From: Vicugna vicugna
Taxonomy: Eukaryota
Direction: 5' to 3'
Length of the DNA stretch: 64,000 nucleotides
Assembly: GCA_013265495.1 (NCBI GenBank)
Contig: MU058584.1
Span: 6,352,407-6,416,406 of the forward strand
Below are positions 11,770 to 26,100 of this stretch, one piece after another (the first letter of the stretch is position 1; each line of letters opens with the position of its first letter). Under the pieces are notes generated by a model. The model worked only from the letters and a program-made list of their open reading frames with translations, had not been told where the DNA came from and ran no database searches. Both the position numbers and the translations under genes were made by a program.

Positions 11770-12192
11770 GGCTGCTACAATTTTCATAAGAAGCAGGGTC
11801 TGAGGTAGAGATGGGTGTGGGATATTCACTGGAGAATGCTCTTGGGATTAACACTAGTTGCAGAAGAACGGGGAGCATGGCAGAAGGTGGAGACGTCAGG
11901 CTGCAGTGCTGTTACAACAAAGGACGCATCTGAACTCAGCAGCAACTCTGAAACTGGAATGTTCCTTCAGAGTTGTCCAGCTTGGGGTCAAGGGCTGAGC
12001 CTTCAGAATCTCCAGGCATTGGACAAAGGCAACCCTGGAAAGGGGATGTGATCACTGGTGAGGGGATTTCAAGGGAGAGCAGACAAAGGCTTTCGGCTGG
12101 CAGCCCTCTCAGCAGCTAGGGAAATGAGTCCCCCCCACCTGAAGAGGAAGACAGGGAGGTGAAGGCTGGAGCACACAGCACTGTATCCACTA
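11770..12192. mobile_element. ERVL solo LTR, LTR16-like
   Basis: gctcttgggattaacac...ctgcagtgc...aactctgaaactggaatgttccttcagagttgtcc...cagcagctaggg follows the LTR16 layout. Confidence 0.65.
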
Positions 12193-13199
12193 TACGCGTG
12201 CAAAAGTTTTCCGAGAAATTCTTAAGTCAGTATCCCAAACTATGAGGTTACATTTTCCCATCATACAATGGGGAAAACAAATTGTCAAGGGAACAACTAA
12301 GAATGCCACAGAAACAAATTTCTTATTGTAACCCAATGATCCTCGGTATAAATAAAGTGTCCAGCATATAAAAATTCATTTTTCAAGAACTTCCTTTCTG
12401 CTCCAGGGTACCTTGAACCTCACAATTTCTCCCAGTTACCTCTGCAAGCCCCCAAAGGGTTGGGGGAGGGCTTTTACGGGTGCAAGGAGCAAGTGGCCTC
12501 ACATATCACTTGACAGCCTCCTTTCAAAGGATTCTGCAGTTGCCCGTCTTGCCAGTGCTCTGCGCAACTGGCCAGAGCAGTCTAAGCTGATGGACATTTT
12601 GAGCCTCAGAATGTTAGACCTATACTGTAAAGGAAGGGACAGAGAGAGTTCTCTCCTATTCTGGGTTGTACTCCGTTATTTGTCCCTAGATCAATTGTGC
12701 TTGTACCCAGGGTCCCTTCAAATCTTTCTGGAGAACAGGTCCTGCAGCTTTGGTCTAAAAATCTCTCTACAAAAGGCTAAAACAGCAGTTCCTGAGGCCA
12801 AATGGAAAAGCAGGCATAATGCCATTCTCTTGCCCATTCTTGTCCATCCTGATTTTTGCCCTTACATATGACTCCTCTGTCTCCTAAGCAAAAACATGTT
12901 ACTCATATTAATTCATAGAGACATTTGCAGCAATGACAGATCCATCATCTCCACAAGTTATGTTGGTTATGGCAGCCCTAACAAACTAATATATACATTT
13001 TAAGTCAAAATATTAAATCTCATTTATTTTGCAATCTTTTGATAGAAGGCTAAGGCCTTTTTTGAATTAATACCCACTGACTGGAATTTCAGGTTTTCTC
13101 CTTTGTATTAACCACAACCAGAAACCACACAAATTATTGTCTATGATTTTCACTTCTAATTTCAAGTAGAGAAAGAAGACACATGTAAAGCAATTTACA

Positions 13200-15185
13200 T
13201 GATATATATCTTTGGACTTTTTACTTTCAATCTTTTCTACACTTAAAATGTCTCTTGTAAGTAGCATACAATTACACTTGTGGTTTTAATACAGGTCTGA
13301 TGAGTTTAGTCTTCTAAATGGAGCATATAAGTCTACTTATATTTAATCTAATTACAAATACATTTGAGTTTAAACCTATCATTTTACTATTTGTTTTCCT
13401 TCCTGTTTGTTTTTAGTTATAAATGCTTCTACTATTTTTAGTGGTTACTCTAGATATTACAACATACATCCTTGACTTATAAAAGACTGATATAAATCAG
13501 TGCTTTCAGCATTTTCTACAAATACCAAGTACCACAGGACCTTCATTCCTTTACTCCTATTCATGTTTTTTGTGCTTTTGGAGTCATGTGTTTTGATTTA
13601 TATATATCCATTAATGCCACACGATATCATCATCATCACCACTGTTATTATTATTTATTCATTTAAATATTTACTCTTTCCATTTTTATTTATTCCATTT
13701 TATCTTCTCTTTGTTCCTTCCTGCACTCCCATGCTCCCACTTATGACTGTTTTCCTTCTGCATGAAGAACGCCCATTACAATCACCTTTACTGAAGTTCT
13801 GCTGATGATGAGGAATCTCAGTATTTGATTGCTGGGAAATGTCTTTATTTTACTTTAAGATTTTTCCAGGTACAGAATTTGAGGCAAGAAATTCTTTTCT
13901 TTCAGGTATTTGAATCCGATTTCCATTATTTACTGGCTCCCATGATCTCAATTGAGAAGTCAGTTGTTATTCTTATTGTTTCCTCTTTGAAATCAAAGGG
14001 TTTTTTTTTGTTTTGTTTTGTTTTTTAATTGGGCTGCTTTTAAAATTTTTCTCCACTTTGGTTTTCAGAAGATTTGTTACCATTTTCCTTGGTATCATTT
14101 TCTTCATATTTTCTTACTAGGCATTCATAGCACTTCTTGAATCTATGCCTTTATGTTTTCCTGCACTTTTGGAAAATTGTCAGCCATTATCTCTTCAAAT
14201 ATTGTTTCTACCCCATTCTCTCTCTCTATTTTTCTAGGACTGCAACTACATACTTATCATCCTTCTGATGTCCTATATGTCTCTTATCCTCTGAACTTTC
14301 CTTTGATTCTCTGTTTTTCTCTGAATATTTTTTTATTGACTTGTCTTTCAATTCACTAATTCTATCTCATTTGACTCTAATCTGCTCTTAAACCCATCTA
14401 TTGATTTTTAAAATTCAGTTATTGTACTTTTTAGAGTTCCAATTCAGTTATTTGTATGGACTCCAGTTCTCTGCTGAAACTTTTCATCTTATTCTATGTT
14501 TTCTTGAAAATATGTCATAGTTATTTAAAGGCTCATGTCTGATAACTCTAATAAATGCTTTTCCTATAAGTCTTTTAAATTTTTTCCTGAGTGTTTTTTC
14601 ACCTTCACTCTTAATCATTTGGCCTTGCTTACTGGAATGTCTAATATTTTATTAGATGTCAGCATTGAGTGTGGAGTATTTTAAAGATAGTTTGACGTTT
14701 TTGATGATGTTCTCTTCCCTCACACAGCATTTATTTTGGTTTTGGTAGACTGCTGGCCTGTGCAAATCACTTTATTTTAATCTGGGGTTAAACTGACTTT
14801 AAAGCTTGTTTCAGTCCCTGTTAGGGATGATTCTGCTCATTCTTTTAGTTTGTAGCCCTTGAGGGGTCCCAAATGAAAGCCTCATTTTCTACCAGATACT
14901 TTACACCTTCATGGACTCCAATATCTAATTTCTGTTCCTTCAGTCTCATAAAACTGCTAAAAGCTGCCTTCAATATCTCAATTTCTTGGCTGCTTTTAAA
15001 TTGAGAAATACGTTGATGGGAAAAGCAACACCAAATATTAGGCTCATCCTTTGTTTTTCTATTATTTTGATGATCTTGAACCCTCAGTTTCTAGTTGCTT
15101 TATAGATTTCTGGCTATAAATTTATTTTCAGTTTATCTAGCTTTTCAAGTCAGATACAAGGTATTCTGTCATCACTGAAAGTGAA
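13200..15185 (-). mobile_element. Old L1 5' half (5' UTR, ORF1, start of ORF2), degraded
   Basis: T-rich antisense L1 motifs: tgtctcttgtaagtagcata, attgagaagtcagttgttattctt, ttggaaaattgtcagccattatctcttcaaatatt. Confidence 0.85.
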
Positions 15186-17429
15186 GGTTAAGCACTGCTC
15201 TGGAGATTATCCTCTTAAATTCTATCATGTCTAGATTGAACTGAGCACTTTTAAAATATAGTGTTTAGCTCATTAAAACTAATGGATGACAAGATTCAAA
15301 TTAATACTTAAGAATAATGATTAGAAACAGTTTTTTTTAAAGTGACACTAAATATATGTGGTTTCTTTTTTAGGCTGCTAATGGACTTAAATGTTTAACT
15401 CTTTACATTTTAACCTTAAATTTAAACCCTTTACATTTTTCACTCTTTAAAATCATTCAATGATAAACATCTGGGTATATAATTTTGTGTCATGATTTCC
15501 TGATTATTTCCTGAGTAGGCTTCTAAAGGCATAATTTCTTGATCAAAGTTATAAACATTTTTAAAGTTCTGCCACATTTTTGCCCTATTGTCTCCAGAAA
15601 GTTTTGGCTATTTACATGCTAATAATTAGGCTTCATTTTATGTCTATATCTATAACTTGGTACTGTTTCTAAGAAGAAGCAAGGAAATATTTTGATCCTG
15701 GAAAATATTTTTCCCTACCCATCTAGCCATAAAATTTTATAAAGGGAATTTTTATTTTATTATTCACACACGCAAACGATCTCTTTGAGCATGATTCAAA
15801 ATATATTAAATTTCATCCATAAAGGTCTTTTATTCCTAGCAACATATTTGAGTTTATATTAAAAAGGGAGTTCCCATGAAATTCATGTTGTAACGTTAAA
15901 TGCTTCAATAAATGCTGAAGTAGAGGTCTGGTAAGTTAAGTCTCACGAGCAGAAAGGTACCTAACATTTTGCACATGGTTTAAGATTTTCACCATATCTG
16001 GGTGGCAAGACAGAGCTCATGCATCGTCGGGTACCATCCATTCATTGGGAAAGCTCCATTTGAGTATGTTTAATAAGAATCAGTATAGGGCTTCACATGA
16101 GGTAGGAAAAAACCTGGGTTCTGAACTTTGGGATGATGGGACCAGACATTGTGTGGCTACCTCTTAAAGAAGCTACAAGAATATGAGGTGGCCTCTGGCA
16201 CCTCAGCCGGGGGAGCTGACTTCAAATTACCAGACTTGTCTATTATGAAGTGTTGAAGGGAGAAAGAAAAACAAATAATAAAGTTACAAAATAAAGTTTA
16301 TTTTATCAAAATTAAAACTGCTTCCTTCTCTCCACTTCAGAGCAACCTCGAGATGGAATGGTCTGAGGATTACGTTGCTATATCCCTTAGCAGTTAGTTC
16401 CACAGCAGGGGGTGCCTGCTACAGACAAAATTATAGGGTTAGGAATGTTCACAATTCAGCAACCTGATTGGCTCACGATTCCTCAGGGCTTTCGAATCAA
16501 ATATTTATACATCTAAATGGGAGCAAGGAAAGGAAAATGGTTCATAAAGAGAGTCCCAGAGCATGTATTATTAAAATAACAGATGGAAATATTATATTTT
16601 TGAAACATTCTTTCTATAAAGAAGTCTTTTGAAGTGTGTTTTGGTAGGATAAACTGAGCCAAAAGTAGAGGGGAGAGAGAAAGAGGGAAAAAAAAAGGCT
16701 TTATTTTCAAATATTTAGTGTCAGCAGTGTACAAAGTTAGCACTTTCCAAAAAAGGCATGTCTCAAAACGCACTGCAGCACAATGTGTTTGCAAAGTCTC
16801 TGCTTTAAATAACAGTCCCAGGGGAGGAATAATTGGGAAAACACTTGATCGTTGCAGCTCAGTTTGTGTGTATATTCTCCTGAATCTTGACCTCTGATAT
16901 CTTTGCAGAGAGTGTATGGCTTCTCCTGACCGAATTTTTCATGTCTCCTAAACTGATTGAAACCCAAGCTAAGACTCAGGGCATCATCTCATAAAAGCTA
17001 TTAGCCACCTCATACTTGCTGAGATTTTGGTACCAAGTAGATTAAAATTATGGGTTTTATGCCACATGGGCAATATTGCTGGGTCATGTAGTCAGTGTTT
17101 AAAGAATAAAAACAGAGGCGTGAAAAACAAGGTAAAAAGCGAGAAAGCCAAGCAGAAGGCCAAATGAGAAGTTCATTACACTTGCTTTATTTTCCTCTAC
17201 GTGGGAGCCTGTACCCTTGACAGAATCAATAGTGCAGAATTATTCTGTTCTTTCCAGGAAAAATACCCCATTACTAAGCCATCAGTTTGAAGTGCTCCAT
17301 GGTCAGTCCAATTTCTCCATCATTTAGTTCTCAGGACATGGTTCAGTTACCTTGCTAGTCTCAGCTATATGATGATGTGATTTATTCCATGGCAACTGGC
17401 AGTTCCTCTAGCCAAGGAAAGAGAGAATT

Positions 17430-17620
17430 CGTAGGAACACAATTATTTTGACTTTGTATCCAGCCATGATCTATATCTGTGACAGAGCTCTGAAAGTAAT
17501 CTCTGGATGAATCTATTCTTATAAGAAACAAAAGGAAGACTGGCCTGGGGAAGATGGTAATGGTTATGAAGTGATAAATAAGGGAAGTTTATTCCCGGTG
17601 AATTCCGGGCTATGGATATT
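17430..17620 (+). mobile_element. Possible CR1/L3 LINE ORF2 C-terminal fragment
   Basis: Translates roughly to LCIQP*S..DRALKVISG*..SYKK, resembling CR1 YCVQFWSP..QRRATKMIxG..YEERL; highly decayed. Confidence 0.35.
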
Positions 17621-18334
17621 TGCTGATCGGGTGATCTAGGTATGGATGGCTAAGAGTAGGGGGATTTGGTGTCTGTATAACAGGCCCTGAGCAACAAACA
17701 ATAGCCAGTTGGCAAAAGGTAAAAAGTTAGTTATCTATGGCTTCTGAAAAATCAAAGTGCACAATCTGATGGCAGATGGCAGACTCTGCCTAAAGGAAGA
17801 AGCAAGAAAGAGAAAAAGAGAGAGCAACTCACTCCCTCCCACCAGCAGGGCCATCACAGTGCAAAGCAAGAAAACGCGTCAGTAATGGCTCCCTAGGTGA
17901 CAGCATCTGCTCGGAGTTGACTGGGAAAGTCTCAGAAGCTCAGGGTTCCAGCCAGCGGCAGAGAGGACTCTTGGCAAAGCTGCTTCCTGGACCACTTTTG
18001 ATCACAGGGCTCAGGCTTGGAATGGTTTTCACTAGTCTGTGGTTTCCTGGTCGTGCGTCAGTACATTCTGGCTGAAACACTTCACTTCCTTCAGGCCGGC
18101 CCCTCCACCAGTGGCTCCCAGCTCCAGGGTTCACTTTCTCCAGCTTTGAACTAGACTCCAAGGACACTGCTGTCTGCAGCAGGAGCCTTGGATGAGAGGC
18201 TAGCAGCTGGGATGCTAACTCTCTCCTACTTGTGATGGGGATCCGAAGTGGGGGGAAAAAAAAAGTTTAAGGGAGTCACACTCAAAGGCCACAGAGGCCT
18301 TGAAGCATGGGAATAGTATGTGGTTCCCACACAA

Positions 18335-18500
18335 TCTCGTTTCAAAGACAGTCTGCAGAATAGAATCACCTGGGCAACAAGTTAAATGACACAGATTCCC
18401 AGTCTAATCTCAGACCTTTTAAACCAGAATGTCTAAGCAGAGACTGGGAGTCTGTGTTTTTAAGAATCTCCTTCACAATGCTGACATATAGTCACTGTCT
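18335..18500. mobile_element. MER5-like hAT-Charlie DNA transposon remnant
   Basis: tagaatcacctggg...acagattccc...ccagaatgtct...tctgtgtttttaag. Confidence 0.65.
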
Positions 18501-19227
18501 AGTAGAATATGCCCTATTTCATAGATTAGAAAACTCAGGCCCAGACATGTGGAGTAACTTTGCTAAGGTAAAACAGGTCCTAACCATGCTCCCAACCTTG
18601 GAGTGCCCTGGTGTGCTTTGACTTCATGTAAATCACCAAAGAGAACCCATTCTGCTTACATAGGACTTCTTTTAAATCCCACTAGCCTCAACTCAGATTA
18701 TATAAGAAAAATGTGTAAATTCAGAACAGCTATCAGAAAAGGTAGTGTTTTTGTTTATCTGTTTTTGGTGAGAAGGTTTTATATAAAGGGACCTGAGACA
18801 CCGGTAGTTTGGATAACTCACAAGTACAAAAAAAGAATTCCTCAGACACTTTGGTGAGTGATAATTACGTAACAGTCATTCAAAAATGTCAGGGTTATTT
18901 CTAGAACAAGGTTTCTGCTGGGTGATTTGGGGGGAGCGATGCAGAAAGTCTGGTTGAACAGAAAACCAAGGAGTTTCCCAAAGAAAACGGATGATTTTCC
19001 TCTTGAAACGAAATGGTATTAGAAATGCTACAATTTGCAATGGGTCAGAACCATTGTAAACTGAAAAAAGTACCAAAAATATGCTTTTATCATTCACATA
19101 TTTACAGATCAGCATTCAGATTGTGCCAGGAGTCACAAACTATCTCTGAGAAGTTATAATCCCATGTGATTAAGCACTTAATGGTAAACGCATGGAAGAA
19201 ATTTCTTTAAAGGGTACAAGAATAAAA

Positions 19228-19395
19228 ACTGTGGTTAGTAATACAATTTTTGGAGTCAGATATATATATGAATCAGAGTCCCAGATCTACCACTGACTAG
19301 CTGTGTGGCCTTGAGGAAGCTATTTAACTTCTTTGAGTCTAATTTCCTTCTCTATAAAATGAAGCCTGACAGGGATCTTAAAAATATTAAAGCAT
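19228..19395 (+). mobile_element. MIR SINE
   Basis: ttggagtcaga...tctaccactgactagctgtgtggccttgagg...tttaacttctttgagtc...tataaaatg. Confidence 0.75.
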
Positions 19396-20234
19396 AGTTG
19401 GGGTTGGGAGGGAGTAAGTGGTGAGGGGGTGTGCTGAGGTATTAAAAAAAACAAAAGGCAAAGGGAAAAATGCAGGTGAACCAAGATTATCCAAGGAGAC
19501 ATACATCTAGACTAATAAGACCCAAAGAGTAACAAACTAAAAATAGTTGTATGATAAGTGAATCTAAAATGTTAAGCTGAGCTTTATCACCCAGAGTCCT
19601 GTGCCCATAGGCAAACCATACCCAACCCAAGGAGTAAGTAAAGATGTTGAATGTGGCTACAATATATGCATTAGATAAGCTCCAAGAAATTGAGTTTTAT
19701 CTGTTTTGTTCACTCCTGTGCCCAAAGTTTAGCTGTGGAATAAATGAATGGATTGGTAGAATCTAAGAGCCCAAAGCCTCAAAACCTTAGCAAAGAATGA
19801 GAAGGATGAATATGGAGTGAACATATAAATACTTCCGTACTTCTGGGGGATGGTCTATCCTGTGTGCACCTGTGCCACTTCTGTTAGCCATGACAACGAA
19901 AGGATGAAGAGAGTTGCCCTATTATGTGGCCAAAATGCCTGGATCTCTACACTGATACCACCGAAACTGGGGAACAATTGCCTAGAGAGAGCTCCTGACA
20001 TTGGTAACAAACAGCCCACTACATAGAAGGTATTATTGCTACTATTTCAAATTATATGACATGTCAAGAAAGCCAAAAGTCTGCCCTAAACATCTCCAAA
20101 ATATTGCTACAATGTAACAAAGACTTTATAGTCAAGTTAGTGACAGTAAAATCAGTCAGAGTGTCACAAAGAACAAGAGTTCTCACTTCACAGCTGTCTG
20201 CTGTGTGCCCAGTGCCTTGGTCGGTGGAAGTGAT

Positions 20235-20440
20235 ACAGTATGCTGGTTATGAGCTCAAGCCTGAGGTCAGAGAGGTGAGAGGTTTGAACCTCATAATTCT
20301 GTGAAATCAAACAATCCATTTATCCAGACTAAGTCTCAGTCATTTTTTTGTTTTTCTCCAAAAGGGAGATAAGAACACATACCTCATAGTCGTTTTATAA
20401 AGTTTGAGCCAGAATCTAGTACACTCTTAGGGCTCAACAA
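20235..20440 (+). mobile_element. MIR SINE, degraded
   Basis: ctgaggtcagagagg..ggtttgaacc..ctgtga..aagtctcagt..acatacctcatag. Confidence 0.5.
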
Positions 20441-20742
20441 AGGCGAACTAACATTTTCATCATCATCATTGTTCATAGTATGGAATTATTGAAATATCTC
20501 AGATGTACCATTTTAAAATGAGGTATGTCGTTTCATCTCGTAAATAGAACTGAGAAATATATTCACTGCTGGGCCTCATGGGAGAAGGATCTGAAAACCC
20601 TAATCTCTTACAGCAGTTAGGATGGCTATATTTAGCTTTTATGTGTAGCCTTAAGCTCTCAAAGTGCATGCAACTTTTATTTTTTGCAATCGACCTTCTG
20701 GTTACACAGAATAAATTTTACCTTTTGCTGATGGAGCAAGAA

Positions 20743-20745
20743 AAA

Positions 20746-20776
<31 letters not shown>

Positions 20777-20780
20777 AAAT
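20743..20780. repeat. (AAAT)n microsatellite
   Basis: Seen directly. Confidence 0.95.
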
Positions 20781-21479
20781 ACTTGGCCTGGGATCATAAG
20801 ATGAGCCATAATTATCATAATTCCCCAAATCCCAGGCCCAAGTCCAGCCAAACAAACTAGAGTTTCCATGAGGTTTAATAGTGAGTCAACCCTAGAGGCA
20901 CGTGGGGCAGTTTTCAAACAATTCACATATAAGTTGTATTTCTTGTTTTGTTCAAAAGAGTGAACTGAAGCAGAGGAATCGGGAATACAAGGCAGTGTAG
21001 TAAAGGAAGCAAAAAATCTTTTAGGTTCTGCTGTAAAAACACAGTGCATTTGATTCACGAGCCACAGGATGATTGTTCTGCCAACAGAGAACCAACACAG
21101 TGAGGTCAGTTTCAGAGAAAAATTATTAACGCAGTCTGTGTGGTTACATGGAGACCTAATTTTTTAAAATAAAATAAGAAATGTTGAGTCAAATTCTGAG
21201 AGGCTAGAAAATAGAATAGAAAGAAGGTGGAAGTAGGAATAAAGAGTCCTGGCTCCGTCCATCAGTAACTGAACTGCTTTGTGGAAATTACATAGTTATT
21301 CAAACGGAGATATCTAACCTAGCCTTACAGAATGGTTATAATGACACAATAAAAATGTTTTTTTTAAAGTGTTTTTAAAAAAGCTTAACCACATAAAAAA
21401 ATGGGAAAAATGTAACCCTAAATCCCATTCTTCTTTACCCACAAATAGATGTCTATTAACCATTAGGTATTCGATATTA

Positions 21480-22270
21480 CAAAGGATTCGAAGACTTACA
21501 AAACATGAATTCTACACTTGGAAAGTTTAGTAAAATGTAAAAGGATATAAACGTAAAGATAAATCAAGACCTACTTTGATAAATTACTAAAAGGTAGAAG
21601 ACTGCTGTAGAAATTCATTCATGCTGATGAGATTGCTAAAAGCTGGAATAGTCAAGGAAAGCAAAATAAAAGGAAGTTGGATATGAAATATGACATGAAG
21701 GATTTATATTGTCAAAATGAAAGTGCGTGGTGTTTATACTACACTGAAGAGTTGGAAATTTACTCTATGGACACTGGCGTTAAAATCTAAAAATTCTTGT
21801 GTTGAAATGGATCTTTTGCAAGGCTCAGCTAGCAAAAGTGATTTGGATGGAGATTATAAGTAAGAAGACTTAGTAGAAGATATTTGTTCAAATATCACAA
21901 CAAAAACCTGAATACAATGATGATTGTGAAAATTAAAATGAAACACAATATTTGAGAGCTGTTTTGAGAGATTTCTAGGAAAAAAAATCTATGAAGTCTG
22001 ATGACCAATTAGGTGGAGAAAGTAAAGATGAGGTTAGAAATTAGGCAAGTGTGTGGTTTTAAGTCCAAGTTTAGAAAAATATGGTACCATTTATAGACCT
22101 AAGGTATCAAATGGAAAAATTTTTGGTTATTTTTGAGAATAAACTTTTTAATACAGTACTTAGGGAGTACTAATAGATACAGAAATAGTTCTGGCAGGTA
22201 TGCTCAGAAATGTCACAAGAAACCAGGGGCAGGCTAGAGGAAAATCAGAGACTAGGAACCAAAGAATTTA
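21480..22270 (-). mobile_element. L2 LINE remnant
   Basis: Purine-rich antisense L2-like motifs (gtcaaggaaag, ttggaaatttactctatgg, ctgatgaccaattag, atggtaccatttatagac). Confidence 0.5.
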
Positions 22271-22546
22271 GGGCCATAACTGGTAGATCCCAGTTGTTTG
22301 TAAATATATCATCTACCTTGTAGACAAGGCATCACCTACTATGACATAAGCAATATATCAACTTGACATGGACTTAGGAAAATAAATAGCAAATTTTACT
22401 CAGATGTTACCAAAACCCAGGTGCCCTAATGTCTTTCAGAGTGTATGTGGACTATGTCAGCAGAATAACTCTCATTATAGTACATTCTAAGAATGATGAT
22501 TTATTATCCTACTAGGATAATAACGGCTGACAAATACCTAAATAAT

Positions 22547-23042
22547 TGTGGTAAGCAGAATAATGGTCCCCCAAAGATGTCTATGTCCTAAACCCTGGAA
22601 CCTATGATTGTGTTACCTTACATTGCAAAAGGGATTTTGCAGAGGTGATAAAGTTAAGAATCTTGAGATGGGAAGATTGTCCTGTATTATCAAGGTAGTC
22701 CCAGTATAATCACAGACTACCTCGAAAATCTTTTAGTGAAAAAGTGAGGCAGGAGAATCAGAATCAGAAAGAGATTTGAAGACGTTATGCTTCCAACTTT
22801 TAAGACAGCGAAAGTGGCCATGAGCCAAGGAATGCAGGCAACCTCTAAAAGCTGGAAAGGGCAAAGACTCGGCTTCTCCCCTAGAGCCTCTAAAAGGAAT
22901 GCAGCCTTGTCAACACCTCGGTATTGCCCAGTGAGACACTTGCTGAACTTCTGACCTACAGAACAGCAAGATAATAAATGTGTGTTTTTAAACCCACTAA
23001 GTTTATGGTAATTTGTTACAGAAACAATAGGAAACACATACA
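22547..23042 (+). mobile_element. MaLR solo LTR, MLT1D-like, full length
   Basis: Begins tgtggtaagcagaataatggtccccc and ends gttacagaaacaataggaaacacataca; TG...CA ends; flanks ataat/ataaa form a near-perfect 5-bp TSD. Confidence 0.9.
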
Positions 23043-23139
23043 ATAAATAATATTACATATATTTTCTCAGCAATACTTGCTCATTGTAGAAAATTTAGAA
23101 ACCATAAAAAGATTTTTTAAAATCATACAAAGATCAAAA

Positions 23140-26100
23140 TTAATTTTCTGCCCATGACAGAATAGCTGGTCCCTGACTTGCCTTCCTGTCATAAACGACC
23201 AAAAAACTGGACAAAATATAAGAAATATAAAAAACAGATACAGATACAGAACTATGTTCTCTATAAGATGTGAAGGAAATGAAGTGAGCTCTCTAACCCC
23301 CTAGCTTTCTTCCCGAAAACACTTTTGAGACCACATTTGTATTCTTATCATCCAAAAAGAAGAGATTTTTTTTGAACACGTATAGCATGGAGTAGAGACT
23401 TAAGAAGTTTATACCTTAGTTGGAGAATTAAACTAACTCTAGAGAAGAGGGAACTCTAGGCTTCTGCTAAGAAAGCTTGAAAAAAAAAAAAAGCCTGAAA
23501 GAATTAACCTGAATCTCAATTAATGTAACTGGCGTTCAAAACAAAACTCATCACTCTTTAAAGGAAGGAAACATTCAGGAAGCCTTACTGAGTCTGTCTC
23601 AGCTTCCCCTCGTGAGTCTCACAGATGCTAATAATAGTAGGCTAATAAGAGAAATGGGAAAGGCAGAGGAGAGAATCAAAAGGTCACTTAGGGTGAAACT
23701 TTTAAAACCTTATTAAGGAATAATATTAACAAAGCAAATATCGATAAGGATGAATCAAAGAAGAAACAGGAGAGTCACAAGATTCATTCTAGCAGGGTGG
23801 AAATCTTTAGACGGTTATTAAAATATGAGATGAAAACAAAGGTCTTAGTACAGCACTACCAAAGGTTGGGTGGACCAAAGGAACTCCCTGGTGGTCCCTG
23901 AAAAAAAAAAAAGAAAAAAAGGCAAAAAAAATGCATGTACACATCAAATGTAATATTCACGATATCCAGCAACCAATCAAAAAGGGAATTATGACCCATA
24001 ACCAAAGGGAAAATGAATCAACAGAAACAGATGCAGAAGTGATAGAGATGGTAGAATTAGCAGATACGAATATTAAAACAGCTATTGTAAATATGATCAT
24101 GAATTTAAAGTAAAACAGGAACATAAGACTAAGAGAAGTGGAAACAGTAAAGAAGAATCAACTTGAACTTCCAGAGATGAACCTTAGCTCTAGAACTTCA
24201 TTAGATGAGAATAACATTAGATCAGACATTCCAGAAGAAAAGAGCAGTGAACGTGAAGAGAAACTATCTAAACTCTAGTAGACAGAGAAAATGGTTTAGG
24301 AAAAACACAAGACTCAGTGATTTGTGAGACAATATCATGTAGTTCAACATATATAGAGATTTCCAATAGAAAAACTGTTTGAAGATATAAAAGCAGAAAA
24401 ATTTCCAACTTTGATTAAAAAAAAAACACACACCTATATCCCCCCTATCCAAGAAGCCAACACAGTCAAGAAGCAAAACAAAAACAGAGAAAACGAGAGG
24501 AAGAAATATTATTATCAAGTAGCCAGAGAAAAAGGCATTGCATACAGGGAGAGAAATACAAGAATGATTACTGACTGATCACTAGAAATAAAAAAACAAG
24601 AAGACAGTAAAACAGTACCTTTAGAGTGTTGAATGTAAAAAAGTGTTGACCTAGAATTTGATATTCAGAAAAAATATTTTTCAAGTATGGAGGTGACCTA
24701 AAAACGTTTAAATACAAACAAAAGCGGAGAGAATCTGTCACCAGCAAATATGCACTAACGTAAATGTGAAAGGGTGTTCTTTAGGCTAAAGGAGTATCGG
24801 ATGGAAACTTGGCTCCATACAAAAGAAAAGAAAAGTGCTAGAAAAGGCATATGTGGATAAATATATAAGATCTTTGTTTACTTGCCATTTACTTTATTTA
24901 AAAAATAACCAACTCTTTGGATCAACCATAACAACATACTTTGGGACTCATAAAAGTAGTAGGAATATCTATGACAATATTAGCACAAAGTATGGGATGT
25001 GGCAAATGGAAGTGTACTGTTGTAAGGATCTTATACATGAAGTGGAGTAATATGATTTGAAAGTAAACTTTAAGAAGTTAAAGATGTCATCCTTAAGCAA
25101 TCACTGAAGAGAATAAAGGCACACAGCTAATAAGCAAAAAAAGAAATACAATGGGATATTTAAATATACTCAATTAAAATAAAAGAAAACAAGATAAGAG
25201 TAAAAAGAGAAAAAGAAAGAACTATTTAAACAGTAAAAAACAGTAAGTTGGAAGAATTAAACCTAACTACATTAATAGTTACAGTAAGTATAAATGATCT
25301 AACCATCTCAAAAGGCAGAGATGGTCACACTGGATAAAATAGCAAGACACTGTCTAAAAGAAATACATTTTAAATATGAAGACCTATATAGGCTAAAAGT
25401 AAAAGAATGGAAAAAGCATGCAAACATTAACCATAAGAGAGCTGATGCGGCTCTGTCAAAGTATACTTCAGAATAAGGAATATTATCAGAGCCTTAAAGG
25501 CTGTCTCATAATGATAAAGGGGTAAAAAGACACAACAATCCTAACGTGTACAGAGTTAATAACAGAGCTTCAAAACTTCATAAAATAAGAACTCATAAAA
25601 ATGAAAGGAGAAATAGAAAAATCCACAATTATAGCTGGATGTAAAAACATTTCTGCCCTAGTAATAAAACAAATTGATAGAAAACCAGTCTGGAAGGTTT
25701 GAACAACACTTACAAACAAGTTGAAATCTATTTGACATATGCCAACAATAGCAGGATAGTTATTCTTCTAGATAGATAGATCTCAATTTACCAAGATAGA
25801 CCATTCACTGGGCTATAAAACATGTCTAGATAAATTAAAAAGGATTGAAGTCATGCAGAGTATACCATCTGACCTCAAAAAAATTAAATAGAAAGTTAAA
25901 AACACAAGACATATAAAAAAAACCTCCCTTGTATTTGGAAATTAAACCACATACCTCTTAACAATCAATGAATTAAAGAAGAAAATTGAAAGGCAAATAA
26001 GATAATATTTCAACTGTATGAAAATGAAAACAACGTATCAAAATCTGTGGGATGCAGGTAAAATAGTGCCTGGGGATATATTTATAGCTTCAGTGCTTAT

